64,000 nt of DNA from an uncultured cyanobacterium (GTDB lineage: Bacteria > Cyanobacteriota > Cyanobacteriia > Cyanobacteriales > CAWCAG01), in assembly GCA_963803805.1 (NCBI GenBank), contig CAWDOD010000011.1, positions 704,001-768,000 on the forward strand, in the 5' to 3' direction. The position numbers and the translations under genes are program-made. The notes beneath the pieces were generated by a model. The model worked only from the letters and a program-made list of their open reading frames with translations. It was not told the DNA's origin and searched no databases. Below, in pieces: positions 53,680 to 64,000 of this stretch (position 1 is its first letter; each line of letters opens with the position of its first letter).

Positions 53680-56600
53680 ATGCAAATTCTCTCTGGATAT
53701 CAAACCCTTAAGCTCATTTATGAAAGCGCCAACTCCCTAGTGTACCGCGCCCTGAGAGAAGCAGACCAGCAACCAGTCATTCTCAAACTTCTCAAGGAAG
53801 ATTATCCTACCCCTACAGAATTAACTCGCTACAAACAAGAATATGAAATTACTCGCAACTTAGCTATAGATGGAGTAGTCAAGACCTATAGTTTAGAGCC
53901 TTATCAACGCAGTTTAGTAATGGTTTTAGAAGATTTTGGGGCAACTTCCCTCAAGGAATGGAGACAAGGGCAACCCTTACCCTTAAAAGAATTCCTACAA
54001 CTAGGGATCAAGATAACTCAGACTCTTGGGGAAATTCATCAGCAAAATATTATTCACAAAGATATTAACCCTAGTAATATTGTCCTCAATCTGGAAACAC
54101 AAGAGCTAAAAATTATTGATTTTGGTATTTCTACCCAATTAAAGCGGGAAAGTCCTACTCTACAAAATCCTCATATCCTTGAAGGTACTTTAGCTTATAT
54201 ATCCCCAGAACAAACAGGGAGGATGAACCGTTCCTTAGACTATCGCAGCGACTTTTACTCCCTTGGTGCCACCTTCTACGAATTACTCACCGGACAATTG
54301 CCGTTTGAGACGAATGATGCACTGGAGTTGGTACACTGCCACATAGCAAAAATCCCCCCTTTTATGGAGATGGGTAGAGAGGGAATTCCCAAGGTGATTG
54401 TAGATATTGTCATGAAATTGCTGGCGAAGACGGCAGAGGAACGTTACCAAAGTGCTTGGGGAATTAAAGCCGATTTAGAAGAATGTTTCAATCAATTAGA
54501 AGCAAAAGGAGAAATTGCCGATTTTCCTTTGGGAACTCAAGATATTTCTGATAAATTTCAAATTCCGCAAAAACTCTATGGACGTGAGGTGGAAGTTGAA
54601 ACTTTACTAGCCGCATTTGATCGAGTCGCAAACAATACCCAATCTCAAATCGAGATGATGTTAGTGGCAGGTTATTCCGGCATTGGTAAGTCATCCCTGG
54701 TTGCCGAAATTCACAAACCTATTATCGGAAAACGCGGCTATTTTATCTCTGGCAAATTTGACCAGTTTCAGCGCAACATTCCCTACTTAGCTATTGCTAG
54801 AGCCTTTAAGGGATTAGTCAAGCAACTGTTAAGTGAAGGCGAAGCAAAGCTAAGTCAATGGCGAGAAAAACTTTTAGATGCTGTTGGTAGCAATGGGAAG
54901 ATAATTATCGATGTCATCCCAGAAGTAGAACTAATTATTGGTAAACAACCGACAGTACCAAAATTAGGGTTAAGTGAGACTCAAAATCGCTTTAACCTCG
55001 TTTTTGGTAACTTCATCCGAGCTTTTTGTACCAAAGAGCATCCTTTGGTTATCTTCCTTGATGACTTGCAGTGGGCAGACTCTGCCACACTCAAGTTGAT
55101 TGAACTGATGATGAGTGATACCCAAATGCAATGCCTGTTTCTGATTGGGGCTTATCGGGATAATGAAGTTAACCCCACCCATCCTTTGATGATGACACTG
55201 CATAACCTAGAAGAAAAACAAGCTACAGTTAACCAGATTACTTTAGCACCCTTAGTGAGCAAAGATGTTAACCAATTGATTGCTGATGCTGTCAATAGTG
55301 ATATTGAAACAGCCAAACCTTTAGCCGAATTAGTACAAAGCAAAACTAGCGGCAATCCTTTTTTTGTTAATCAGTTTCTTAACACTTTGTATTCAGAAAA
55401 TTTAATTAGTTTGAGTCTCACTAGGGATTGCCAATGGCAATGGGATCTTAGCCAAATTGAAGCCCAAGATATCACAGATAATGTGGTGGAGTTGATGATT
55501 GGCAAGGTTAAGAAGTTGCCTCCGGCAACTCAGCAGGTTTTACGTTTAGCCGCTTGTGTTGGTGCTGATTTTGACTTAACCACCCTTGCTATCATTAGTG
55601 AAAAATCTCAAACCGAAATTTACTCTCAACTCACTTCAGCACTGCATTCTGGGTTGATTCTACCAAAATCTGAGTTAGATCAAAACCTCTTAATTCAAGA
55701 GTATAAATTCCTTCACGATAGAGTGCAACAAGCCGCTTATACTTTAATTGATGAATCACAAAAACAAGCAATTCACTTAACAATTGGTCGCTTACTCTTG
55801 CACAATACTCCACCGGAGGAATTAGCAGAAGAGATATTTACCATTGTCGATCATCTCAATCTTGGTGTTGAACTTGTCAAGCAACAACAAGAAGGTAATA
55901 AAATTGCTCAGTTAAACTTAATGGCGGGCCAAAAAGCTACAGCAGCAACGGCTTATAGGGCAGCAGTTAACTATTTACACACAGGACTCAAACTGCTAAG
56001 TCCAGACTGCTGGCAGTTTCAATATGACTTAACTTTAGCACTTCATCAGGAAGCCGCAGAAGCTGCATATCTCAACGGCGATTTTATGGCAATGGAAAAA
56101 TTAGCAGAGGAGGTGTTTAACAATGCTAAAACTGTGCTAGACAAAATAAAAGTTTATGATGTCAAAATTCAAGCCGTTGGCGCACAAGGCAACTTCAAAG
56201 AGGCAATTAAAATAGGGTTGCAAGCTTTGAAGCAGTTAGGAATAATATTACCAGAACAGCCGAGCCAATTGGATATTCAAAGAGGATTTGAGGAAACTGC
56301 TTCACTCTATTCTAGGCAAGAAATTGAAGAGTTAATTAACCTGCCGGATATGACCGAACCAGAACCCCAGGCAGCTATTTATATTCTATCTAGTATAAGT
56401 GCTGCTGCCTATATAGCGGCCCCCCAACTCATGTTGTTGATTGTCTTGTCAATGGTTAATTTATCTATCCAATACGGTCATTCCACCTGGTCGGCATTTA
56501 GTTATGCCTGTTACGGATTAATTCTGTGTGGAGTTGTTCAAGAGATCGAGTTAGGTTATACATTCGGCAAATTGAGTTTAACTTTGGTGGCACAATTAAA

Positions 56601-59157
56601 TACTAAAAGAAGTAAGGCTAGGGCATTGGAGGTATTGGGCGCTCATGTAATGCACTGGAAAGAGCATTTTAGGGAAACACTAGCAATTTTGAGTGAGGGC
56701 TATCGAAGTGGAGTGGAAACAGGAGAATTTGAATTTGCTGGTTATTGTGCATTTTATGTCTGCGATCATTCCTATTTTATCGGTCACGAACTTACGGATC
56801 TAGAACAGAAGATGGGGCGCTACAGTAACGCCATCAGTCAAATTAGGCGAGAAAACCCTTTTTATTGGGTGGCAATGTTTCGCCAGGTTGTCCTTAACTT
56901 GCTGGGCCAGTCTAAAAATCCTACTTGTTTAGTAGGTGAGGTCTACAATGAGGAGCAATGGTTACCACTTGCTATTCAAGCAAATGACAGATTAGGAATT
57001 CACTTACTTTACCTTAATAAACTTATTTTAAGTTATCTATTTGGTGAAAAGGATCAAGCTGTACAAAATGCTGTTAGAGCAGAACATTATTTAGACGGTG
57101 TAACAGCAATGGTAGTTGTACCTCTATGGCATTTTTATGATTCTTTAGCACATTTATCCGTATTTGTTGAGGCTGCAAAGCAGGGAAAGCAAGCCATACT
57201 CAATCGAGTAAACACCAACCAAGAAAAAATGAGACAATGGGCGCATCATGCCCCGATGAATTTCTTGCATAAATTCTATCTAGTAGAGGCAGAGAAAGCA
57301 CGAGTTTTAGGACAAGTCCTTGAAGCTGAAGAGTTTTATGAACAAGCCATTGCCGGAGCAAAAGAAAATGAATATATCCAAGAAGAAGCCTTAGCTTATG
57401 AATTAGCTGCTAAGTTTTATCTAGAGCGTGGTAGGGATAAGATTGCCCAAACTTATATGCAGGAAGCTCATTACACCTATACTTGCTGGGAAGCCAAAGC
57501 TAAAGTTGCAGATTTGCAAGCAAAATATCCCCAATTACTTACTAAATCATCAACATCCAGAAGTATTACTACCACCTCCACAATAATTTCAAATTCCACA
57601 AGTGATTCTCAATCGGGAGAAACTTTGGATTTAGCCACAGTTATGAAAGCGTCCCAAACCATTGGTAAGGAGATTGAATTAGATAAATTACTCACTAACT
57701 TAATGACCATTCTCATCCAGAATGCAGGGGCGCAAACAGGCTTTCTTATTTTGCAAACCGCAGGAGAATTGGTAATTGAAGCATCAGGGACAGTGGATGA
57801 TGAGGAAGTTAGCGTGTTGCAATCTCTCCCTATTGCTAATCGAGTTGCAACCTCAGTAATTAACTATGTTAGCAATGCCCAAGAAACAGTTGTAGAAACA
57901 GACGCAGCACAAAGTGGCAACTTTACTACAGATCCTTACATCCAAGGCAACCAAACCAAATCTCTCCTCTGCGCCCCTTTGCTGAACCAGGGACAACTCA
58001 GTGGCATCGTTTACCTTGAAAATAACCTGACCACTGGCGCTTTTACTACAGATAGATTAGAAGTTCTGCAATTGCTTTCTGGACAAGCTGCCATCGCCAT
58101 CGACAATGCCCGACTCTACAATAACTTAGAGCAAAAAGTTAGCGATCGCACCCAGGAATTAAAAAACACCCTCGACACTCTCCAAGCCACTCAAAATGAA
58201 CTAATCCAATCAGAAAAACTGGCAGCATTAGGACAACTTATCGCCAACATCGCCCATGAAATCAACACTCCCCTAGGCGCAATTAAAGCCTCAATTAATA
58301 ATATTGCCAATGCCCTTGATAATTCTAGCCAACTCTTACCCCAACTTCTCAGCCAACTTTCTCCCCCACAACAGGTTGATTTCTTCGCTTTAGTTGCTAC
58401 AACTGCTCGAAAATCCCCCACCCTAAGTTTCCGAGAAGAAAGAAAACTCAGACGTAGCTATAGAAAAGAGTTAGAAGAGTACGAAATTGAAGATGCTGAC
58501 TTTATTGCTAGTAAATTAGTGGAAATGGGTTTTAATCAGGACATTGAACCTTTCATTCCTCTATTGCAAAACCCCCAGAGTGATTTAATTATTAATGCTG
58601 CTTACAATCTGGCTATACAACAAGCAGACTCAGAAAACATTCAACTAGCCGTAGAAAGGGCGGCAAAAATTGTTTTTGCCCTGAAAAATTATGCCCGTCA
58701 AGAACAAAGTGGAAAAAAAGTTAAGGCTTCAGTGACTGAAGGAATAGATGTTGTCTTAACTATCTATTACAATCAATTAAAACAAGGAGTTAGGGTCACA
58801 AAAAACTATCAAGATATTCCTGAAATTCTCTGTTACCCCGAACAACTAAATCAGGTGTGGACAAATTTAATTCATAATGCCCTGCAAGCTATGGATAACC
58901 GAGGCAAATTAGAGATTAATGTTACTCAGGAAGGGGAGAATATTGTTGTTAAAGTAACTGATTCTGGCTGTGGTATACCTGAAGATATTCAAAAGCAAAT
59001 TTTCCAGCCTTTCTTTACTACCAAAGCAGCAGGAGAAGGGAGCGGTTTAGGTTTAGATATTGTTAGCAAAATTATTGCTAAACATCAAGGTAAAATTACT
59101 GTAGATTCTGTTCCTAGTAAAACCACTTTTACCGTTTTCTTACCGATTATTAAATAA
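53680..59157 (+). CDS. Second Ser/Thr kinase-STAND/AAA NTPase-GAF-histidine kinase (HstK type)
   Basis: HKDINPSN, DFG, GYSGIGKS, FLDDLQWAD, AHEINTP, DSGCG, GSGLGL. Confidence 0.93.
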   Translation: MQILSGYQTLKLIYESANSLVYRALREADQQPVILKLLKEDYPTPTELTRYKQEYEITRNLAIDGVVKTYSLEPYQRSLVMVLEDFGATSLKEWRQGQPLPLKEFLQLGIKITQTLGEIHQQNIIHKDINPSNIVLNLETQELKIIDFGISTQLKRESPTLQNPHILEGTLAYISPEQTGRMNRSLDYRSDFYSLGATFYELLTGQLPFETNDALELVHCHIAKIPPFMEMGREGIPKVIVDIVMKLLAKTAEERYQSAWGIKADLEECFNQLEAKGEIADFPLGTQDISDKFQIPQKLYGREVEVETLLAAFDRVANNTQSQIEMMLVAGYSGIGKSSLVAEIHKPIIGKRGYFISGKFDQFQRNIPYLAIARAFKGLVKQLLSEGEAKLSQWREKLLDAVGSNGKIIIDVIPEVELIIGKQPTVPKLGLSETQNRFNLVFGNFIRAFCTKEHPLVIFLDDLQWADSATLKLIELMMSDTQMQCLFLIGAYRDNEVNPTHPLMMTLHNLEEKQATVNQITLAPLVSKDVNQLIADAVNSDIETAKPLAELVQSKTSGNPFFVNQFLNTLYSENLISLSLTRDCQWQWDLSQIEAQDITDNVVELMIGKVKKLPPATQQVLRLAACVGADFDLTTLAIISEKSQTEIYSQLTSALHSGLILPKSELDQNLLIQEYKFLHDRVQQAAYTLIDESQKQAIHLTIGRLLLHNTPPEELAEEIFTIVDHLNLGVELVKQQQEGNKIAQLNLMAGQKATAATAYRAAVNYLHTGLKLLSPDCWQFQYDLTLALHQEAAEAAYLNGDFMAMEKLAEEVFNNAKTVLDKIKVYDVKIQAVGAQGNFKEAIKIGLQALKQLGIILPEQPSQLDIQRGFEETASLYSRQEIEELINLPDMTEPEPQAAIYILSSISAAAYIAAPQLMLLIVLSMVNLSIQYGHSTWSAFSYACYGLILCGVVQEIELGYTFGKLSLTLVAQLNTKRSKARALEVLGAHVMHWKEHFRETLAILSEGYRSGVETGEFEFAGYCAFYVCDHSYFIGHELTDLEQKMGRYSNAISQIRRENPFYWVAMFRQVVLNLLGQSKNPTCLVGEVYNEEQWLPLAIQANDRLGIHLLYLNKLILSYLFGEKDQAVQNAVRAEHYLDGVTAMVVVPLWHFYDSLAHLSVFVEAAKQGKQAILNRVNTNQEKMRQWAHHAPMNFLHKFYLVEAEKARVLGQVLEAEEFYEQAIAGAKENEYIQEEALAYELAAKFYLERGRDKIAQTYMQEAHYTYTCWEAKAKVADLQAKYPQLLTKSSTSRSITTTSTIISNSTSDSQSGETLDLATVMKASQTIGKEIELDKLLTNLMTILIQNAGAQTGFLILQTAGELVIEASGTVDDEEVSVLQSLPIANRVATSVINYVSNAQETVVETDAAQSGNFTTDPYIQGNQTKSLLCAPLLNQGQLSGIVYLENNLTTGAFTTDRLEVLQLLSGQAAIAIDNARLYNNLEQKVSDRTQELKNTLDTLQATQNELIQSEKLAALGQLIANIAHEINTPLGAIKASINNIANALDNSSQLLPQLLSQLSPPQQVDFFALVATTARKSPTLSFREERKLRRSYRKELEEYEIEDADFIASKLVEMGFNQDIEPFIPLLQNPQSDLIINAAYNLAIQQADSENIQLAVERAAKIVFALKNYARQEQSGKKVKASVTEGIDVVLTIYYNQLKQGVRVTKNYQDIPEILCYPEQLNQVWTNLIHNALQAMDNRGKLEINVTQEGENIVVKVTDSGCGIPEDIQKQIFQPFFTTKAAGEGSGLGLDIVSKIIAKHQGKITVDSVPSKTTFTVFLPIIK

Positions 59158-59192
59158 AAAAAATAAAAAATAAATTTATGGACTAATAAACA

Positions 59193-59769
59193 ATGACCAC
59201 AACATTAACCTCAAAGCAACAAAGGCTCTATACCTTAGAAGAGTATCGTAACCAAGAACAAATAGCAGAATTTAGGAGTGAATATCGTGATGGAGATATT
59301 GTAGCAATGAGAGGAGGTACAATTAACCATAACCGCATCAGACGCAACATTTGTACAATTTTACAATTAGCTCTAAGGGGCAAAGATGCCGAAGTCTTTA
59401 TGAGTGATTTGCGCCTCTCGATTCCTCACTATCAACGAGGCATTTACCCAGAGGAAATGGTTATCCAAGGTGAACCCGCTTTTAATGAAGAGCGCCAAGA
59501 TGAGATGCTTAATCTTAGCATCATTTTTGAGGTACTTTCTCCCTTTAGCCAAAATTACGACCGAGAAAATAAATTTCGCTTTTATCGTTCTGTTCCCGAA
59601 TTAAGAGAATATATCTTAGTAACTCAAGAAGAATATTTAGTTGAACACTACTCAAAAATGAGTCTGAACAATGGTTATTTCAAGACTATGAAGGAAAAAA
59701 ACAAAGGTTTTTTGTATTTCTATAGAAGTAGAAATATCAATCGCCGATATATATAAAAATGTCTTTTAA
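59193..59769 (+). pseudogene. Degenerate Uma2-family endonuclease
   Basis: EYRDG, EVLSP, REYILV; the usual YPD reads YPE; the C-terminus (EQWLFQDYEG; ISIADIYKNVF*) lies in two other frames. Confidence 0.75.
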
Positions 59770-59799
59770 ATTTTACTATCTTGAGCCTGATTTTTATAA

Positions 59800-60201
59800 A
59801 TGACTAAAACAGCTATCCTTTGTATCGATGACGAGCGTATCATTTTAAATAGTTTACGCAAACAACTTAGCCAACATTTTGGTAAAAAATACCTCTATGA
59901 ATGCGCTGAGACTGTTAAGGAAGCTTGGGAAGTTATCGAAGAATTAGATGAAGATGATATTTCAGTTATAGTAGTTATTTCTGATTGGCTAATGCCTGAG
60001 GTGAAAGGAGATGAATTTCTCATTCAAGTTCATCAATACTTTCCTAAAGTGGTAACAATTATGCTCACTGGACAGGCAGATGAACAAGCTATTACCAGAG
60101 CGAAACAAGAAGCTAATTTACACAGTTGTCTTCGTAAACCCTGGGATGCAGCTACTCTAATTAAAGTAATTGAGTCAGGATTAGAGAAAGCTAATGGCTA
60201 A
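59800..60201 (+). CDS. Single-domain response regulator
   Basis: CIDDE, ISDWLMP, MLTG, RKPW. Confidence 0.92.
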   Translation: MTKTAILCIDDERIILNSLRKQLSQHFGKKYLYECAETVKEAWEVIEELDEDDISVIVVISDWLMPEVKGDEFLIQVHQYFPKVVTIMLTGQADEQAITRAKQEANLHSCLRKPWDAATLIKVIESGLEKANG

Positions 60202-61927
60202 GCCAGCAATTATTTGTGTTGATGATGAACAGGTAGTGCTGATTAGTTTACGCAATCAGCTTAGTCAAGTATTGGGCAGAGATTATCAAATTGAATTGGC
60301 GGAAAGTGGAGAAGAAGCATTAGAAATTTTTGCTGAATTTAGAGAAGATAACATCGAAGTTGCTTTGATTATAACTGACCAAATTATGCCGGGGATCAAA
60401 GGAGATGAACTTTTACTTAATATTCATCAACAGTCTCCTAAAACTTTGAAAATTATGTTAACAGGCCAAGCTGATTTAGAAGCAGTGGGTAATGCCGTTA
60501 ACTCAGCTAACCTTTATCGCTATTTAAGCAAACCTTGGCAACCTGAAGACTTGAATTTAACTGTTAAAGAAGCCCTTAAAAGTTACCTTAAAGATCAGCA
60601 ACTAGCCCAACAAAAAATAAAGCTAAAACAAGCGAATAAAGAACTAGCTAAGTTCAACCGTAACCAAACTAAACTTATTGAACAACTGCAAGATAGTCAA
60701 CGGAAATTGCAGGCTATTTTTGACCAAACTTTTCAATTTACCGGAGTATTAAACCCTGAAGGTATTCTCCTTGAAGTTAACCAAACAGCAGTGGATTTTA
60801 GTGGTTTGTCTTCCTCAGAACTTTTAGGCAAACCATTTTGGCAATGCCATTGGTGGACAATTTCTCAAGCAACTCAAAATAAATTACAAGCAGCAATTTA
60901 CCAAGCAGTTGCAGGTAAGTTTATTCGCTATGAAGTTGATGTTTTGGGGGTAGGGGGAATTGTAATTACTATTGACTTTTCCGTCAAGCCAATCCTTAAT
61001 AAAAAGGGTGATCTGGATTTTTTGATTGTGGAAGGGCGAGATATTAGCGATCGCAAAAAGGCAGAAGCAGAAAGAGAAAAGTTCACTCAAGAACTATTAC
61101 AACTAAACAAAACCTTTTCCTCCTTTGTACCTAGCCAGTTTCTCCAATTTTTGCAAAAAGACAGTATTTTAGAAGTGCAACCGGGGGAAGCAATACAAAA
61201 AGAGATGTCTATTTTATTTTCTGATATTCGCGGCTTCACCAATCTCTCAGAAAAAATGACTCCTCGTGAGAACTTTCGTTTCATCAACTCCTATCTTTCT
61301 CGCATGAGTCCAGCTATTATTGAGAACCAAGGCTTCATTGATAAATATGTAGGTGATGGCATTATGGCATTGTTTGATGGGGAAGCTGACAATGCTGTTA
61401 AAGCTGGCATCTCTATGCTGCAACGTCTCAAGTTATACAATCAACATCGTGGTAACTGCAATTATGTACCCATCAGAATTGGTATTGGCATCAATACAGG
61501 AGACTTGATGCTTGGCATAGTGGGGGAAGAAAGCCGTATGGATACAAGTGTCATTAGCGATGCAGTTAATTTAGCTTCTCGCTTGGAGGTGTTGACAAAA
61601 ACCTATCGAGTTCCTTTGCTAATTTCTCACCATACCTTCTCCCAGTTGCAAACTCCTCATCAGTATGCAATTCGCTTTATTGATCAGGTAAAGGTTAAGG
61701 GAAAATTAGAAAAAGTTACTGTTTATGAAGTTTTTGATAGCGACTCTCCAGAGATTAAAGAAGGTAAGTTATCCACTAAAACGTCTTTTGAAGAAGCCTG
61801 GTTACTTTACCACCAACAGGATTTTCAACCAGCCGCCAGGATTTTTGCCAATTGCTACAAAGAAAATCCTGGCGACACCGTTGCGAAGGTTTATCTGGAA
61901 CGTTGTCAGCAAAAAATTCTTCCTTGA
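60194..61927 (+). CDS. REC-PAS-class III adenylate cyclase
   Basis: REC (VDDE, TDQIMP, KPW); PAS/PAC; FSDIRGFT, DKYVGD, RMDTSVISDAVNLASRLE. Confidence 0.9.
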   Translation: MAKPAIICVDDEQVVLISLRNQLSQVLGRDYQIELAESGEEALEIFAEFREDNIEVALIITDQIMPGIKGDELLLNIHQQSPKTLKIMLTGQADLEAVGNAVNSANLYRYLSKPWQPEDLNLTVKEALKSYLKDQQLAQQKIKLKQANKELAKFNRNQTKLIEQLQDSQRKLQAIFDQTFQFTGVLNPEGILLEVNQTAVDFSGLSSSELLGKPFWQCHWWTISQATQNKLQAAIYQAVAGKFIRYEVDVLGVGGIVITIDFSVKPILNKKGDLDFLIVEGRDISDRKKAEAEREKFTQELLQLNKTFSSFVPSQFLQFLQKDSILEVQPGEAIQKEMSILFSDIRGFTNLSEKMTPRENFRFINSYLSRMSPAIIENQGFIDKYVGDGIMALFDGEADNAVKAGISMLQRLKLYNQHRGNCNYVPIRIGIGINTGDLMLGIVGEESRMDTSVISDAVNLASRLEVLTKTYRVPLLISHHTFSQLQTPHQYAIRFIDQVKVKGKLEKVTVYEVFDSDSPEIKEGKLSTKTSFEEAWLLYHQQDFQPAARIFANCYKENPGDTVAKVYLERCQQKILP

Positions 61928-61979
61928 CATATTCAATAAGTTGAGTATATTATTACCTTAATGCACAACTAGTTGCATA
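61924..61979 (+). promoter_or_regulatory. Putative sigma70 promoter with two palindromic operator-like boxes
   Basis: TTGACA 61924-61929; TATATT or TATTAT at 16 or 18 nt spacing; boxes TATTCA-N6-TGAGTA (61930-61947) and TGCACA-N6-TGCATA (61962-61979). Confidence 0.55.
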
Positions 61980-62025
61980 AAAACAAATTGTGTATCAAGT
62001 TAGCATCTTTATCTGCTATGAAACC

Positions 62026-62571
62026 ATGGATCAGCAGTCTACGCCAGAATTTCTTGAACAAGAACAATCTCTCTCACCAGTAAGACAGAAAAACCCCCTG
62101 CAACTAAAAAAATGGCAAATAGTTTCTGCTAGTTTGCTGCTTTTACTAGCTGGTATAGGCATTGGTAAATTTGAGCCAAACAACCTTCCCACCAAAACAC
62201 CAAGCCAAGTTAAACCACTTCCTGTTGAGACAACGAAGGTTGAGTTAGCCAAAACTTACCAAACTGAACAAAGCTATACAGGGGAAGTGGTTGCAATGCT
62301 AGACAGTGAAGTTGGTTTTGAACGTAGTGGTAAATTAGTAACAATTTTGGTAGAGGAAGGGGATCGCCTCACCAAAGGGGCAGTTATCGGGAAATTGGAT
62401 ACAACTAATTTAGCAGCACAGCGTCAATCTTTGGTTGCCCAAAAAGCCCAAGCAGAAGCTAAATTAACAGAACTAAAAAACGGCGCGAGAACAGAACAAG
62501 TTACCGCAGCAGAGGCAAAAGTTAGGGAGATAGAAACCCAATTAGAATTAGAAAAACTTAAGCGCGATCGC
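62026..62571 (+). pseudogene. RND efflux periplasmic adaptor, N-terminal part only
   Basis: Transmembrane anchor, YTGEV, VGFERSG, VEEGD...G...LD, alpha-hairpin; similarity ends at HIP1 62564-62571. Confidence 0.8.
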
Positions 62572-64000
62572 CAAACCTGTTTTATCAATCTTCCTAGCTT
62601 TGCTATTACCGATTCTCGGTTTTATTCAAGCTGGTAGCCTTGAACAACAATTCTTCCCAGCAGCAGATCGAGATCAACTGCAAATTGAACTAGAGTTATC
62701 TTCCTCCGCCTCTTTAGGGCAAACTCAAACTTTAATTAAACAAATTCGCCAACAAATCATCAATTATCCAGAAGTAACAGATATTCACTGGTTTTTAGGT
62801 AGAAGTGTTCCCCGTTTTTACTATAATTTGGTTGGTGCAAGAGAACAACAAGCTAACTATGCCCAAGCCTTGGTACAATTAAATGCTCTCACCTCTACTT
62901 CCTTAGCCCAAAAGCTGCAAACTGAACTAGATAAAGCCTTTCCTGCTGCCAGAATCATCGTTAAACAACTAGAACAAGGGCCTCCTTTTGCTGCACCAAT
63001 TGAAATGCGCATTTATGGCTCAAACCTAGAAGTATTGCAATCATTAGGAGAATCTGCTAGGCAACTTTTAGTGCAAATTGCTGAAGTCACCCATACCCGT
63101 GCTAGTTTAGCAGAAATTCAACCCCAACTACGATTGCAACTAGATGAAGAGCAAGCCCGGTTAGCAGGATTAGATCGCAATGCCATTGCCCAACAGTTGG
63201 ATACCATCTTAGAAGGTGTAGTCGGTGGTTCAGTTTTAGAAGCAACGGAGGAATTACCTATCAGAGTTCGTTTAGGGAATCAAGATCGAGGTGATTTAGC
63301 ACAAATCTCTTCCTTAGACTTACTCGCAACCTCTCCCAGTCTCAATAGCAAACCTAACAATCCCCTCAATGCTGTCCCTTTGTCCTCCTTAAGCAAAGTC
63401 ACACTGCAACCAGAACTTGCCCAAATCACCCACTACAACGGACAAAGGGTTAACACTGTTCAAGCTTTCTTACAGGCAGGAGTCTTACCCCCAGAGATTT
63501 TAAGTCAATTCCAAACCAAACTAGACAACAACAAATTTGCTTTACCCCCTGGCTATACCTTTGAATTTGGGGGAGAAGAACAAGAAAGGAACAGTGCTGT
63601 AGGGGGGTTGGTTTCTACTGTGGGAGTCATCATTATCATCATGGTAGCGGTTTTAGTGCTTTCCCTTGGTTCCTTCCAACTAGCAGGGGTAATTGGTATA
63701 GTTGCCATCGCCTCTTTTGGGTTAGGCATCTTCTCCATCTGGCTATTTGGCTATCCCTTTGGCTTCAACCCCATTATCGGTACAGTAGGTTTAGTTGGTG
63801 TGGCAGTAAATGATTCCATTGTGGTTCTCGATACCCTCTCAAATCACCCTGAAGCAAAGACTGGCAACCCGAAGGCCATACAACAGGTGGTATTACATTC
63901 GACGCGCCATGTCCTCACCACCACCCTAACAACTGCCATTGGCTTTGTTCCCCTACTCCTATCCGGTGGAGAATTTTGGCCGCCTTTAGCTGTTGCGATC
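62564..64000 (+). pseudogene. RND (AcrB-family) permease, C-terminal half only; runs off the window
   Basis: Frame starting at 62564: AIAKPVLSIFLALLLPILG...QQFFPAADRDQ...PRFYYN...LEQGPP...GGEEQE...GVAVNDSIV...RHVLTTTLTT...FWPPLAVAI. Confidence 0.85.

Overview
AT-rich cyanobacterial chromosomal window: it carries a phycobilisome anchor gene, more than 20 HIP1 octamers (GCGATCGC), and cyanobacterial heptamer repeats and MITE-like elements. The left 22 kb is core genome: apcE, the large ATP synthase operon, a Zur-type regulator divergent from an Asp-type (Zn-independent) hemB, and rpmG-rpsR-RNase II. A 3-kb nuclease-rich island follows (truncated ORF remnant, HsdR-N-like nuclease, HNH plus partner, DUF4365), then a B12/radical SAM gene. 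The region 29-52 kb is rich in secretion and proteolysis genes. It holds a 1630-aa fusion of a GT2 glycosyltransferase, an internal signal peptide, a two-partner-secretion (TPS) domain and a CHAT protease with an intact His/Cys dyad, bracketed by two inverted copies of a 118-bp MITE-like element. It also holds a Ser/Thr kinase-NTPase-GAF-His kinase, a membrane pseudo-caspase, a TpsB transporter and a second, frameshifted TpsA. The right end has PadR, a kinase/response regulator/adenylate cyclase cassette, and an RND efflux operon in which the adaptor and permease genes are joined out of frame exactly at a HIP1 site. Several single-base frameshifts, including two in the essential ATP synthase delta gene, suggest assembly indels, so pseudogene calls are provisional. 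No rRNA, tRNA, CRISPR array or transposase was seen. Family names come from motif recognition, not database searches.
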